Shown here piece by piece: positions 50,863-59,823 of a stretch of DNA of 64,000 nucleotides (positions are counted from its first letter, which is position 1; each line of letters starts with the position of its first letter). Source of the DNA: Fidelibacterota bacterium 408169 (lineage in GTDB: Bacteria > Fidelibacterota > Marinisomatia > Marinisomatales > TCS55); the NCBI GenBank assembly GCA_002256485.1, contig NNSG01000001.1, positions 64,017 to 128,016 of the forward strand, read 5' to 3'. Under the pieces are notes generated by a model that made no database searches, had not been told where the DNA came from, and saw only the letters and a program-made list of their open reading frames with translations. Position numbers and translations under genes: made by a program.

Positions 50863-52076
50863 AGAAAGATTTTCAAATTATCGTTTGGGGAGCAACCGGA
50901 TTTACAGGTCAGATTGTTGTTGAATATTTAAAAAACAATTATGGAAATGATATTAGATGGGCCATTGCAGGGAGGAGTCTGGAAAAACTTCAGTCTTTAA
51001 AAAACAAGTTTCGGTTAATCAATTCAGTTGAATGTTTGGTTGGTGATAGCTTTGATGAAGAATCTCTAAAGTCAATCACTTCTCGAACTGATGTTCTAAT
51101 TTCAACTGTTGGACCATATGCTCTTTTTGGTAAAGCATTAGTCAGTGCCTGCTTAGGGACCAAAACTGATTATTGTGATCTCACTGGAGAAATTCCTTTC
51201 GTAAAAGATTCTGTTGATTCATATCATGAGAAAGCGAAAACAAATGAAGTAAAGATTGTGCATTCTTGTGGATATGATTCCATTCCTTCTGATATTGGCT
51301 GTTTGCTGCTGCAGGAAAAAGCCATTAAAAATCATGGAAAACCGTTATCAAACGTAAAACTGTTTATTTTAGGGCTCAAGGGCAAATTCAGTGGTGGTAC
51401 ATTGGTAAGTATGGTTAATCTTATGATGGAAGCCAAAAATCCTGAAAAACGTAAAATTCAAACAAACCCGTATATTTTATGTAAAGATGTAATTGCTGGA
51501 ATGCCCATACAACGTATCCAGAGTTTTGCATGGTATGATCCCAGGATCGAAAAATGGACTGCGCCGTTTATTATGGCGCGATTTAATACACGAATCGTAT
51601 TTCGATCAAATGAACTGATGGAGTATAAATACGGGCGGAATTTTATGTACGATGAAGGTCTGGTAGTGGGAAGCGGAATGAAAGGTAAACTACGCGGCGA
51701 AATTCTTACGATTGGAATAGGTATAATGATATTATTGATGTCAGTATCCATTTCCCGATGGATACTGAAAAAAACTGTTTTTCCTAAACCAGGAGAAGGT
51801 CCATCAAAAGAAGAACGCATGAATGGTTATTTTAAAATGTTACTCGTAGGGGAAAATGAGATTGGTGAAAATAGAACGGAAGTTTTTATATCGGATACAA
51901 ATGACCCCGGTTATGGTAGTACAGCCATCATGCTGGCAGAATCTGCACTATGTTTAGCATTGGATAAAGATGCACTGCCGAATGAATATGGTGTGATTAC
52001 ACCGGCAGTGGCCATGGGAACTAAAATTGCCGACCGATTGAAAAAAGCGGGTTTCAATATTTCAGTATCTGATTAA
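50859..52076 (+). CDS. Saccharopine dehydrogenase-like oxidoreductase
   Basis: WGATGFTG, WAIAGRS, TVGPYALFG, YCDLTGE, CGYDSIPSD, DPGYGST. Confidence 0.9.
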   Translation: MKKDFQIIVWGATGFTGQIVVEYLKNNYGNDIRWAIAGRSLEKLQSLKNKFRLINSVECLVGDSFDEESLKSITSRTDVLISTVGPYALFGKALVSACLGTKTDYCDLTGEIPFVKDSVDSYHEKAKTNEVKIVHSCGYDSIPSDIGCLLLQEKAIKNHGKPLSNVKLFILGLKGKFSGGTLVSMVNLMMEAKNPEKRKIQTNPYILCKDVIAGMPIQRIQSFAWYDPRIEKWTAPFIMARFNTRIVFRSNELMEYKYGRNFMYDEGLVVGSGMKGKLRGEILTIGIGIMILLMSVSISRWILKKTVFPKPGEGPSKEERMNGYFKMLLVGENEIGENRTEVFISDTNDPGYGSTAIMLAESALCLALDKDALPNEYGVITPAVAMGTKIADRLKKAGFNISVSD

Positions 52077-52104
52077 ATTCACGCCGCTTTTTGTTGAATT
52101 AATT

Positions 52105-52177
52105 GGGGCCGTAGCTCAGATGGGAGAGCACCTGAATGGCATTCAGGGGGTCGTCGGTTCGATCCCGATCGGCTCCA
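52105..52177 (+). tRNA. tRNA-Ala(GGC), CCA not encoded
   Basis: Cloverleaf: GGGGCCG acceptor with G3-U70, anticodon arm CCTGA-ATGGCAT-TCAGG, GGTTCGATCC T-loop. Confidence 0.97.
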
Positions 52178-52229
52178 CAATTCAAAATGTCGCAATTATA
52201 ATGCTGAATTTTATAAACTAAATTAATCT

Positions 52230-53951
52230 ATGAAACGAATCCTCATTTTATCAATCATAGCAATATTCTCATTTAACTGCGCCAGTTTGAAAATGATGAA
52301 GGAAGCCAAGCATTATTTAAGCAACGGTCTTTCTAATCCTGAAGAAGCCGATACATATCCTGAATTAACAGAACGCAATCGCCTCATGGGACAGCTTTCT
52401 CCTGAACGCACCTGTTATAATGTCAGCAGTTATGATCTGAATTTGGATATTGATATAGATAACAAAAGTATTTCCGGATATAATACAATTACTGCATTAG
52501 CAATTAGTGATTTTTCAAGACTGCAGATTGATTTAGGCAAGGAAATGAAAATTGATCGTATCGACTATGGTGATAAAAATGTGAAATATTTCCGTAAAGA
52601 AGATGCAGTGTTTGTAGAATTTCCATCTATTTCAGTAGGGACTGAATTTTCTTTCACTGTGTATTACCATGGTATTCCTAGAGTTGCACCTCGACCGCCT
52701 TGGGATGATGGGTTTGTTTGGGAGAAAGATAAAGCAGATCGGGATTTTATTGCCGTTACTAGTGAAGGGTTAGGAGCCAGTCACTGGTGGCCGTGTAAAG
52801 ACCATATTTCTGATGAACCAAATAGTATGTCTCTTAATATAACTGTACCCTCTGATATAATGTGTGTTTCCAATGGTCAACTCAAGAAAACGAAAGATGT
52901 TGGAAATGGTAAAACAGAATATCGCTGGTTTGTAAATAATCCCATTAACAATTATAATATTTCTGTGAATATGGGACATTATGCTGTAATTCAAGATACG
53001 ATCCACTCTCTCGGTCATGTGCGAGATGCAACCTATTATGTGTTGGATTATAATGAAGCTGTGGCACGTGAACATTTCAAAGAAGTTCGAACAGTTATCC
53101 GAGCACTCGAACATTATTATGGGCCATATCAATGGTGGGAGGATGGATATAAATTAGTAGAAACTCCCTATTTGGGAATGGAGCATCAAACAGCAGTGGC
53201 TTATGGGAATGATTTTCGGATTTATGATAAATCAAAATCACGATCGATCTATGGTTTTATCGATTATATCACCCTTCATGAAACAGCTCACGAATGGTGG
53301 GGAAACAGCATCACAGCATGTGATCCGGCTGATATATGGATTCATGAAGGATTCGGCACATATTCTGAAGCATTGTATATCGAATATTTATTCGGGTATG
53401 ATTTAAGTATTGATTATCTCATCCAAAAGAGGAAATATATTGGAAATAAAAAAGCTATTGTAGGTCCTCGAAATCAAAATTATTGGGGATTCAGCGATGC
53501 CTATAATAAAGGTGCTTGGATAATTCATACATTGAGAAATGTCATTGATAATGATGACCTATTTTTTAACACATTAAAGAACTTTGCAGATGATAATGCA
53601 AAAAGTATTGTATGTACAGAAGATGTACGAGACTATTTTTCTGAAAATACAGGAATTGATTTAACAAGATTCTTTGATCAGTATTTGTTTAATAGAAAAG
53701 TACCAAAACTTGAGTATACGCAAAATAATGAACGATTTTACTATCGTTGGACTGATGTTGTAGATAGTTTTGATATGCCGGTAAATGTTTTGGTGAATAA
53801 AGAAATTTATAGGATTTTCCCTTCACTAGAGACCAAGGAGTTGGATATTCCGGAATATGCTACGGTAGAAATAAAAGATTGGGAATACTTAATTATCAAA
53901 AAAGAAAATGCAGATTTATTCCCCAATGTAATAAAAGGCGAGATGCCGTAA
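52230..53951 (+). CDS. M1-family aminopeptidase (lipoprotein)
   Basis: LGMEHQ, HETAHEWWGN-x-E, YNKGAW; lipobox FSFNC. Confidence 0.92.
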   Translation: MKRILILSIIAIFSFNCASLKMMKEAKHYLSNGLSNPEEADTYPELTERNRLMGQLSPERTCYNVSSYDLNLDIDIDNKSISGYNTITALAISDFSRLQIDLGKEMKIDRIDYGDKNVKYFRKEDAVFVEFPSISVGTEFSFTVYYHGIPRVAPRPPWDDGFVWEKDKADRDFIAVTSEGLGASHWWPCKDHISDEPNSMSLNITVPSDIMCVSNGQLKKTKDVGNGKTEYRWFVNNPINNYNISVNMGHYAVIQDTIHSLGHVRDATYYVLDYNEAVAREHFKEVRTVIRALEHYYGPYQWWEDGYKLVETPYLGMEHQTAVAYGNDFRIYDKSKSRSIYGFIDYITLHETAHEWWGNSITACDPADIWIHEGFGTYSEALYIEYLFGYDLSIDYLIQKRKYIGNKKAIVGPRNQNYWGFSDAYNKGAWIIHTLRNVIDNDDLFFNTLKNFADDNAKSIVCTEDVRDYFSENTGIDLTRFFDQYLFNRKVPKLEYTQNNERFYYRWTDVVDSFDMPVNVLVNKEIYRIFPSLETKELDIPEYATVEIKDWEYLIIKKENADLFPNVIKGEMP

Positions 53952-54003
53952 ATTTTTATCAGAATATTATTGAATTGATTGTTTATTAAATTAAAAATAA
54001 AGA

Positions 54004-54585
54004 ATGAAAAACATGACAGAAAATAAGGAAAATAATTTTCACGACAGTATGGTCAGAAGCAATATTGCTCCCATTTTTCACATACTGCAAAGTGAGCAGC
54101 AAATTCTCATGCGAACGGACCAGAAAGCATTTACACTCCTATCTATTTTGGGTGTGTTTATGGTCTTTTTTATTATTCATTTTTTAAAAATTCAAATGGA
54201 TTGGTTACGTTTTATTCTGGTCATCGTTTATTTTATAGCTGCATTTATGGCGATTGTATATTTAGTCCTTGTTATAGTACCGAGAGTTAGAACGGCTAAG
54301 GTTAAAGAAGATAATCCTGAAATAAATGCAACATTTTTTGGAGGAATAAGTCAATTTTCTACTGCTGATGAATATGCGAATTATTTATTAGAAATTGCGG
54401 GAGATGAAACAAAAACATACAATATGTTTGCTTCACAAGTTTTTGCTCTAGGTAAGATCAATAACTATAAAAATAAAAACTTGAAACAAGCTATTTTGTT
54501 TTTTGCATTAGCAATTATGTCTGAACTCTTTATCATTATGTCCATGGCATGGGGAAGGGCGCTGCCTTTTCTTTTTCCGGGATAA
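54004..54585 (+). CDS. Pycsar effector-like (DUF5706/PycTM) membrane protein
   Basis: [17 protein letters not shown]...FFGGI...EY...SQVFALGKI...[10 protein letters not shown] pattern. Confidence 0.8.
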   Translation: MKNMTENKENNFHDSMVRSNIAPIFHILQSEQQILMRTDQKAFTLLSILGVFMVFFIIHFLKIQMDWLRFILVIVYFIAAFMAIVYLVLVIVPRVRTAKVKEDNPEINATFFGGISQFSTADEYANYLLEIAGDETKTYNMFASQVFALGKINNYKNKNLKQAILFFALAIMSELFIIMSMAWGRALPFLFPG

Positions 54586-55109
54586 TGAAACATTTCCTTT
54601 TAATATCTGCTGTCCTCTGGTTTGGGTGTGCCACTCCTGGACCACAGGGCCCTCCCGGCCCACAGGGTGAACCCGGAGCACCCGGTAAGCAAGGATTGCC
54701 GGGCAAACAAGGAAATTCGGGAGAACCGGGACTACCCGGTAAAGTGGATCCTTCTTTAATAGAGAAATTAGAAGACGCACTTAAAGGAGGTCTCAACGAT
54801 GAGAAAAAAGAAAGTATTACTGCGTCCGTTCATTATTCATTTGGCATTGCACCGCCTTCCATGGGTTTTGCAATTATGACGAATCATGGAAACATCTATC
54901 AATTGAAAAATAAAAATCCAGTTACAATGGGAGATAATTTTGAATTTCTAGTGCGAGTCGCTGAACATGATGATTTTGTTTCACTCTCTTTTTTATCGGG
55001 CGGAGAAGGGCAAAAACATTTTTATATGGCCATAAGTGAAAGTGGGAAATCTTATGTATCCGAAGACCTTAAAAAATGGTCATATAAAGGTGAAATCCCT
55101 TTAAAATGA
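54585..55109 (+). CDS. Collagen-repeat lipoprotein
   Basis: Lipobox LWFGC then 12 consecutive G-X-Y triplets (54639-54746); start set at ATG 54585. Confidence 0.85.
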   Translation: MKHFLLISAVLWFGCATPGPQGPPGPQGEPGAPGKQGLPGKQGNSGEPGLPGKVDPSLIEKLEDALKGGLNDEKKESITASVHYSFGIAPPSMGFAIMTNHGNIYQLKNKNPVTMGDNFEFLVRVAEHDDFVSLSFLSGGEGQKHFYMAISESGKSYVSEDLKKWSYKGEIPLK

Positions 55110-56854
55110 TTTGTAAAACCGCATTCCTCGCGGTCATTATTTCCAGTTTTATTTATGCCGGTCATCCCATTTCAATCGATGGTTTGTTTGAAGATTGGGA
55201 CAATGTACCATTATCTTACCAGGATCAAGAAGGTGATATGAGTTTGGGAATGGTTGACTTTGCTGATTTTAAAATCACCTACGATAATGAATTTCTGTTC
55301 ATTTATTTTTCAATTTATTCCAATGATTTTCTTCTTCAGGATAACAATTCAGTCAATTTATATATTGATGCGGATAATGATTCCACTACCGGTCATTATT
55401 ATTTTGGACTCGGTGCAGAATTGCATTGGGAATTTGGGCAGCGAAGCGGTACACATTATGTGGCTGACGGTATTATCCCTGTGGAGCACAGAGATATAAC
55501 ATTTCGGTCTTCACCCACCATCACCTCCCAGGAGTTTGAGATCTGTATTGCACGTGACAGTTATGCTCTTCAATCAGAATACTCCGAAGAGTTAGTGGAA
55601 GGGAGGATCGTCATCGCAGAATCACCGCCTAATTCAGATTTTTTACCGAATGAACCGGGAGGTGTACCATTTTATATAGGAGAGGATCTGATCCCTGAAC
55701 CGATTCCCATTTCGTTTGAAAAACGCCATGATGATGATATTCGCTTGGTGAGCCATAATGTATGGAGTTCTGCACTGATTAATGATGATTATCAGGAACA
55801 CTTTCGCAGAATTTACCAGTCGTTAAATCCGGATATTGTCGTACTCCAAGAAATGTATGAAAATACAAATCAACTCCACAGTTTATTCAATTCCTGGTTT
55901 CCCGATGAGCAATGGTATGTAAGCAACCAATTTAGGGATAATATCATTATATCGAAATATCCGGTTTTGGAGCAGAACTTTTTTACATCATCAGAAAGAA
56001 CCATGGTTTCACTATTGGATACTGAAGATGAATTGGGTAAAAATTTAATAATTTTTAATTCTCATTTAGCCTGTTGTGATAACGATGAAAGTCGCCAGTA
56101 TGATGCGGATGAATTTGTATCCAATTGGAGGGAATGGCGCAATAATGATAATGGACCTTTTACCTTAGTAGATAGCACACCATTTGTTCATGTTGGAGAT
56201 TTTAATTTAGTTGGAAATCGCCAACAACTAACTACTCTAACCGAGGGAGATATTGAAGATGAAAATGTGTTTGGAGACGATTATGCTTTAGATTGGGATG
56301 GGACACCCATTGCGGACTTGTTTTCCAGGCATTCTCATAAGCGGATGGGTTATACTTGGCGATATGATTACAGTTCTTACAGTCCCGGAAAACTGGACTA
56401 TATTTTATATTCCGATAGTGTCATTGATACGTCCAAGCATTTTGTTTTGAATACATTGACAATGGATTCTACATCTTTGTTATTTTATGGTTTGGATCCC
56501 ATGGACAGTTATAATTCATCAGACCATTCTCCAAGAGTGTTGGATATTAAAATCCCGGATAATGTAGGAATTGGCTCGTCTATTATTCCAAAATCTATTA
56601 AAATTTCAGCGCCCTATCCCAATCCTTTCAATCCTCAAACCATGATACAAATAGAATTAGATCAAAGTACATATTTACAAGCAAACGTATATGATATCAA
56701 TGGTCGCTTTGTAAAGAAGCTTATTGAAAAAGATTTTCAAAGTGGAAGACATGAAATAAAATTCAAAAACAATGGTTTGACCAGTGGAATTTATTTTATT
56801 AAAATTCAAAATGTTGAAATCCAGCGAACATTAAAAGTGGTACTCTTAAAATAA
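55106..56854 (+). CDS. Secreted endonuclease/exonuclease/phosphatase with C-terminal T9SS/FlgD-like sorting domain
   Basis: VSHNV, DIVVLQE, HVGDFN, KLDYI, SDH; C-terminal PYPNPFNP...VYDINGR...GIYFIK. Confidence 0.88.
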   Translation: MICKTAFLAVIISSFIYAGHPISIDGLFEDWDNVPLSYQDQEGDMSLGMVDFADFKITYDNEFLFIYFSIYSNDFLLQDNNSVNLYIDADNDSTTGHYYFGLGAELHWEFGQRSGTHYVADGIIPVEHRDITFRSSPTITSQEFEICIARDSYALQSEYSEELVEGRIVIAESPPNSDFLPNEPGGVPFYIGEDLIPEPIPISFEKRHDDDIRLVSHNVWSSALINDDYQEHFRRIYQSLNPDIVVLQEMYENTNQLHSLFNSWFPDEQWYVSNQFRDNIIISKYPVLEQNFFTSSERTMVSLLDTEDELGKNLIIFNSHLACCDNDESRQYDADEFVSNWREWRNNDNGPFTLVDSTPFVHVGDFNLVGNRQQLTTLTEGDIEDENVFGDDYALDWDGTPIADLFSRHSHKRMGYTWRYDYSSYSPGKLDYILYSDSVIDTSKHFVLNTLTMDSTSLLFYGLDPMDSYNSSDHSPRVLDIKIPDNVGIGSSIIPKSIKISAPYPNPFNPQTMIQIELDQSTYLQANVYDINGRFVKKLIEKDFQSGRHEIKFKNNGLTSGIYFIKIQNVEIQRTLKVVLLK

Positions 56855-57177
56855 TGAGTGCACATTCAAAAATCGTTTTTTCTACGAATTCTGATTTTCA
56901 GCATGAAGAAGAAAAAACGTTAGAAACAGTCTCTAACGAACATCAGCAATTACGAGTCTGGCTTAAGCGTTTAGGCGGGGGAAGGGTCGTTTCTTTGGTT
57001 AAAGGATTTATTGGAAAAGAAGAAGATTTACAATCACTGGGGAAACTATTAAAAACAAAATGCAGCTCGGGCGGAACAGTTAAAAATGGTGAAATTCTCA
57101 TCCAAGGTGATCATCGGGATAAAATTGTGAACTTTCTCAATCAAAAAGGATATAAAGCAAAAGCCAGCGGAGGATAA
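56854..57177 (+). CDS. yciH: SUI1/YciH translation initiation factor
   Basis: GGGRVVSLVKGF, LKTKCSSGGTVKNGEILIQGDHR. Confidence 0.93.
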   Translation: MSAHSKIVFSTNSDFQHEEEKTLETVSNEHQQLRVWLKRLGGGRVVSLVKGFIGKEEDLQSLGKLLKTKCSSGGTVKNGEILIQGDHRDKIVNFLNQKGYKAKASGG

Positions 57178-57221
57178 TAAGAATCTTCCTGAATAAACTT
57201 AAACCTATCTAAATTCAAAAT

Positions 57222-58409
57222 ATGAAAATGATAAAAAATACATTATTATTAATTCTTGGAATCAGCTTAACGGGCTGCGGAAAACCGGCAAAAACCGGTT
57301 TTGTAACCATGATGGTAACTGCAAACGTTCGTGCCCAACTTGACCCCTGCGGCTGAAAAAAGAATCCCCTGGGCGGTCTGTCCAGGAAGTCAGTTATTGT
57401 AAATAATTACCGTAAGGAAAATGGTCATGAACCCATTATTCTTGATGCCGGAGATACCTTTTTTGCATCAGCCATTTTAGCCAATCGCAATGCAGAAGGT
57501 GACATGCTTCAGGCAAAAGGCTTATTACAGGGATATGAAAAAATTGGATGTGATGCTTTGAACGTAGGTGGATTTGATCTTGCAGCAGGTAAAGACTTTT
57601 TAATGTCACTTGCTGAAGGATCATCTATACCATTTATTTCTGCAAACTTAACAGATAGGGATAATAATCTTCTATTTCCGGAATTTACAATTGTAGAAAA
57701 TAACGGATTTAAAATTGGTGTTACAGGTGTGAGCGATCTTATTCCCGATCATATAAAAGATGTCAAAAAACGACCTTACATCGAAGCGGCCAAAAATGTG
57801 ATAGAAGAAATGAAACCCCAAGTGGATTTTGTTGTTTTATTAGCAAATGTACATCGTAAAAAGAACAAGGAATTGTCGCAAAATTTTCCGGATGTTGATT
57901 ATATATTTGTAAGTCGAAATACACAGCGATCACGACCGGAAACAAATCAACCTGAAGGTGGTCCTTATGTATATTCGAGCGGTAATCAGGGGAAATACTT
58001 AACTGTCGTTGATATTGCATTAAATGATCCAAGTCAACCAATAATGGACATTTCTGCAGCTAAAGGAAAAATATCATCCATTTCCAGGCGGTTGAAAAAA
58101 TTGCAGGAAAAAGATCCAAGCAAGACGATAGAAGAAATTTATTTCGATAAACCCAATGTGCTTAAACTGGTAGGTGACTATCGTGAACAATTGGTCAAAT
58201 ATGAATCAATCATGGCTGATGCAATTAACACAACAAAATTTCATAGTGTTGCTCTCAGTAAAAGTGTGGGTGAAGATTCTGAACTTTTGGCATTTGTAGA
58301 TGAAACATTAGCTACATGTTCAGCTCTCCGCAAAAAACCTATCAAGTCTACTAAAAATCTCATCAAACCTAAAACAGGCCCAATCAAAAAGAAGTTCAGC
58401 ATAAACTGA
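57222..58409 (+). CDS. UshA-like selenoprotein (395 aa lipoprotein, Sec at codon 45, TGA 57354-57356)
   Basis: Lipobox LTGC; frame is continuous through ...LDPCG-TGA-KKNPLGGLSRK...LDAGD into the ORF-track 57504 protein; SECIS follows the TGA. Confidence 0.9.
57368..57386 (+). promoter_or_regulatory. Bacterial SECIS element
   Basis: CCTGGGC-GGTCT-GTCCAGG 7-bp stem starting 11 nt after the UGA; GGUCU apex as in the E. coli fdhF SECIS. Confidence 0.88.
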
Positions 58410-58411
58410 TT

Positions 58412-58876
58412 ATGCTCCGCGTTCCACTAAATCAAATGCTGGCGATTGTTATCCTTTCGATTATAGTCGGAATTTTTGTAAATATTTTACGATCTGATAG
58501 TATTCCACTATTAGCTAAAGAAATCGCAATAGCTGAAGACCTTGATGTAGTTTTCGGTGAACCTGTTGCAATTACTTTAGATCAAGCAAAAAATTTATTT
58601 GATGAAGGTGTCATTTTTGTTGATGCAAGAGACAATGAATATTTCATAGATGGTCATATACCAAACGCTTGGAATAGCGGTTTTTTCATGGAGTTAATGT
58701 TTAAACTGGATTCAGCACAGACTAAATCAGGCCCTGTTGTGTTGTATTGCAGCGATGATGAATGTGGTTCCAGTGAAGAATTAGCGAATGATTTATACAA
58801 TGAAGGATTTACAAAGCTATACGTATTTAAAGGTGGTTGGCTGGAATGGGAAGCAGCAGGTTATCCGGTAGAATGA
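58412..58876 (+). CDS. Membrane-anchored rhodanese-domain protein
   Basis: N-terminal TM; FVDAR...GHIPNA...LYCSDDECGSS...FKGGWLEW. Confidence 0.9.
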   Translation: MLRVPLNQMLAIVILSIIVGIFVNILRSDSIPLLAKEIAIAEDLDVVFGEPVAITLDQAKNLFDEGVIFVDARDNEYFIDGHIPNAWNSGFFMELMFKLDSAQTKSGPVVLYCSDDECGSSEELANDLYNEGFTKLYVFKGGWLEWEAAGYPVE

Positions 58877-59322
58877 AAAATGAATTAAAAAATGCATTGG
58901 TATTATTTTGCCGTGTTGTCCTTGGGATAATGTTTATTTATGCCAGTTTGGATAAGATTGCTCATCCGGAAGAATTTGCCAAGCAAATTGGATTTTATAA
59001 AGTACTTCCCTTTGGAGTGGAGAACATTTTAGGAATTGTATTACCTTGGACAGAGTTGATCGTCGGTATTTGTTTAATAACAGGATTATTAGTTGATGGT
59101 GCAGCATTATTGAGTATTATAATGATGTTGGTGTTTATTTTAGCTATTTCACAAGCAATGCTTCGAGGTATCGATATTACATGTGGATGTTTTAAAGTCA
59201 GCGCTGATAGTGAAAAGTTGGGATTGGATATAATCATACGTGACATAATTTTTCTTGTAATGAGCTTCATTGTACTAAACCGCCAGGAAAGAAAGTTTGA
59301 ATTCCTACCAAAATCCGATTGA
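58873..59322 (+). CDS. MauE/DoxX-family membrane protein
   Basis: RVVLGIMF, LPWTELIVG, RGIDITCGCF, IIRD; ATGA overlap with the rhodanese gene. Confidence 0.88.
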   Translation: MKNELKNALVLFCRVVLGIMFIYASLDKIAHPEEFAKQIGFYKVLPFGVENILGIVLPWTELIVGICLITGLLVDGAALLSIIMMLVFILAISQAMLRGIDITCGCFKVSADSEKLGLDIIIRDIIFLVMSFIVLNRQERKFEFLPKSD

Positions 59323-59341
59323 TAAGAGAACTATAAAACTG

Positions 59342-59349
59342 TAATTTTG
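59342..59349 (+). promoter_or_regulatory. Bacteroidetes-type -7 promoter element upstream of tRNA-Gly
   Basis: ATTG (59318-59321)-N20-TAATTTTG, 14 nt before the tRNA. Confidence 0.45.
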
Positions 59350-59363
59350 CGCCCCTATTTCAT

Positions 59364-59436
<73 letters not shown>

Positions 59437-59438
59437 CT

Positions 59439-59460
59439 AAAGCCCCGGTATCGGGGCTTT
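59439..59460 (+). terminator. Intrinsic terminator after tRNA-Gly
   Basis: AAAGCCCCG-gtat-CGGGGCTTT; same AAAGCCCC/GGGGCTTT stem as the guaB-rpsT terminator. Confidence 0.8.
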
Positions 59461-59613
59461 ATCATTTGTTTTATTTATAATATTTTTAAAAATATCCATG
59501 AAAAGATTTAGGTGTTATAGGAATTAATTAAATCAAATGAATGACCAGAGCATAATTGAAAGATATAATTACTATAGGGTAAAATATAACAGCAGCATTT
59601 CAGGTTTAATCAT

Positions 59614-59712
59614 ATGCATGATGATTCAAAAAGACGCTTCATCCGGTTTATTAAAATATTTATTCTGATTCTATTTGTAGTATTTCTCTGGCTCCTTGAA
59701 TATTACAATTAA
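59614..59712 (+). CDS. Possible 32-aa single-pass membrane protein
   Basis: MHDDSKRRFIRFIKIFILILFVVFLWLLEYYN*: basic N-terminus plus one hydrophobic helix; no clear RBS. Confidence 0.3.
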   Translation: MHDDSKRRFIRFIKIFILILFVVFLWLLEYYN

Positions 59713-59823
59713 CAAATAGAATATTCAGAAATTCTTTTGCAAAATTTGAACGATTAATCTTCATTTTAATTTCTATATTTATTATAAGAAATGTATTGAT
59801 TAATTACACATTATAGGTTGAAA

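Noticed and set aside
57354-57356. UGA read-through explained by an alternative genetic code (UGA = Trp/Gly)
   Set aside because: ftsY, asnS, acyP and hicB end at TGA at their expected C-termini; only this UGA is internal and has a SECIS
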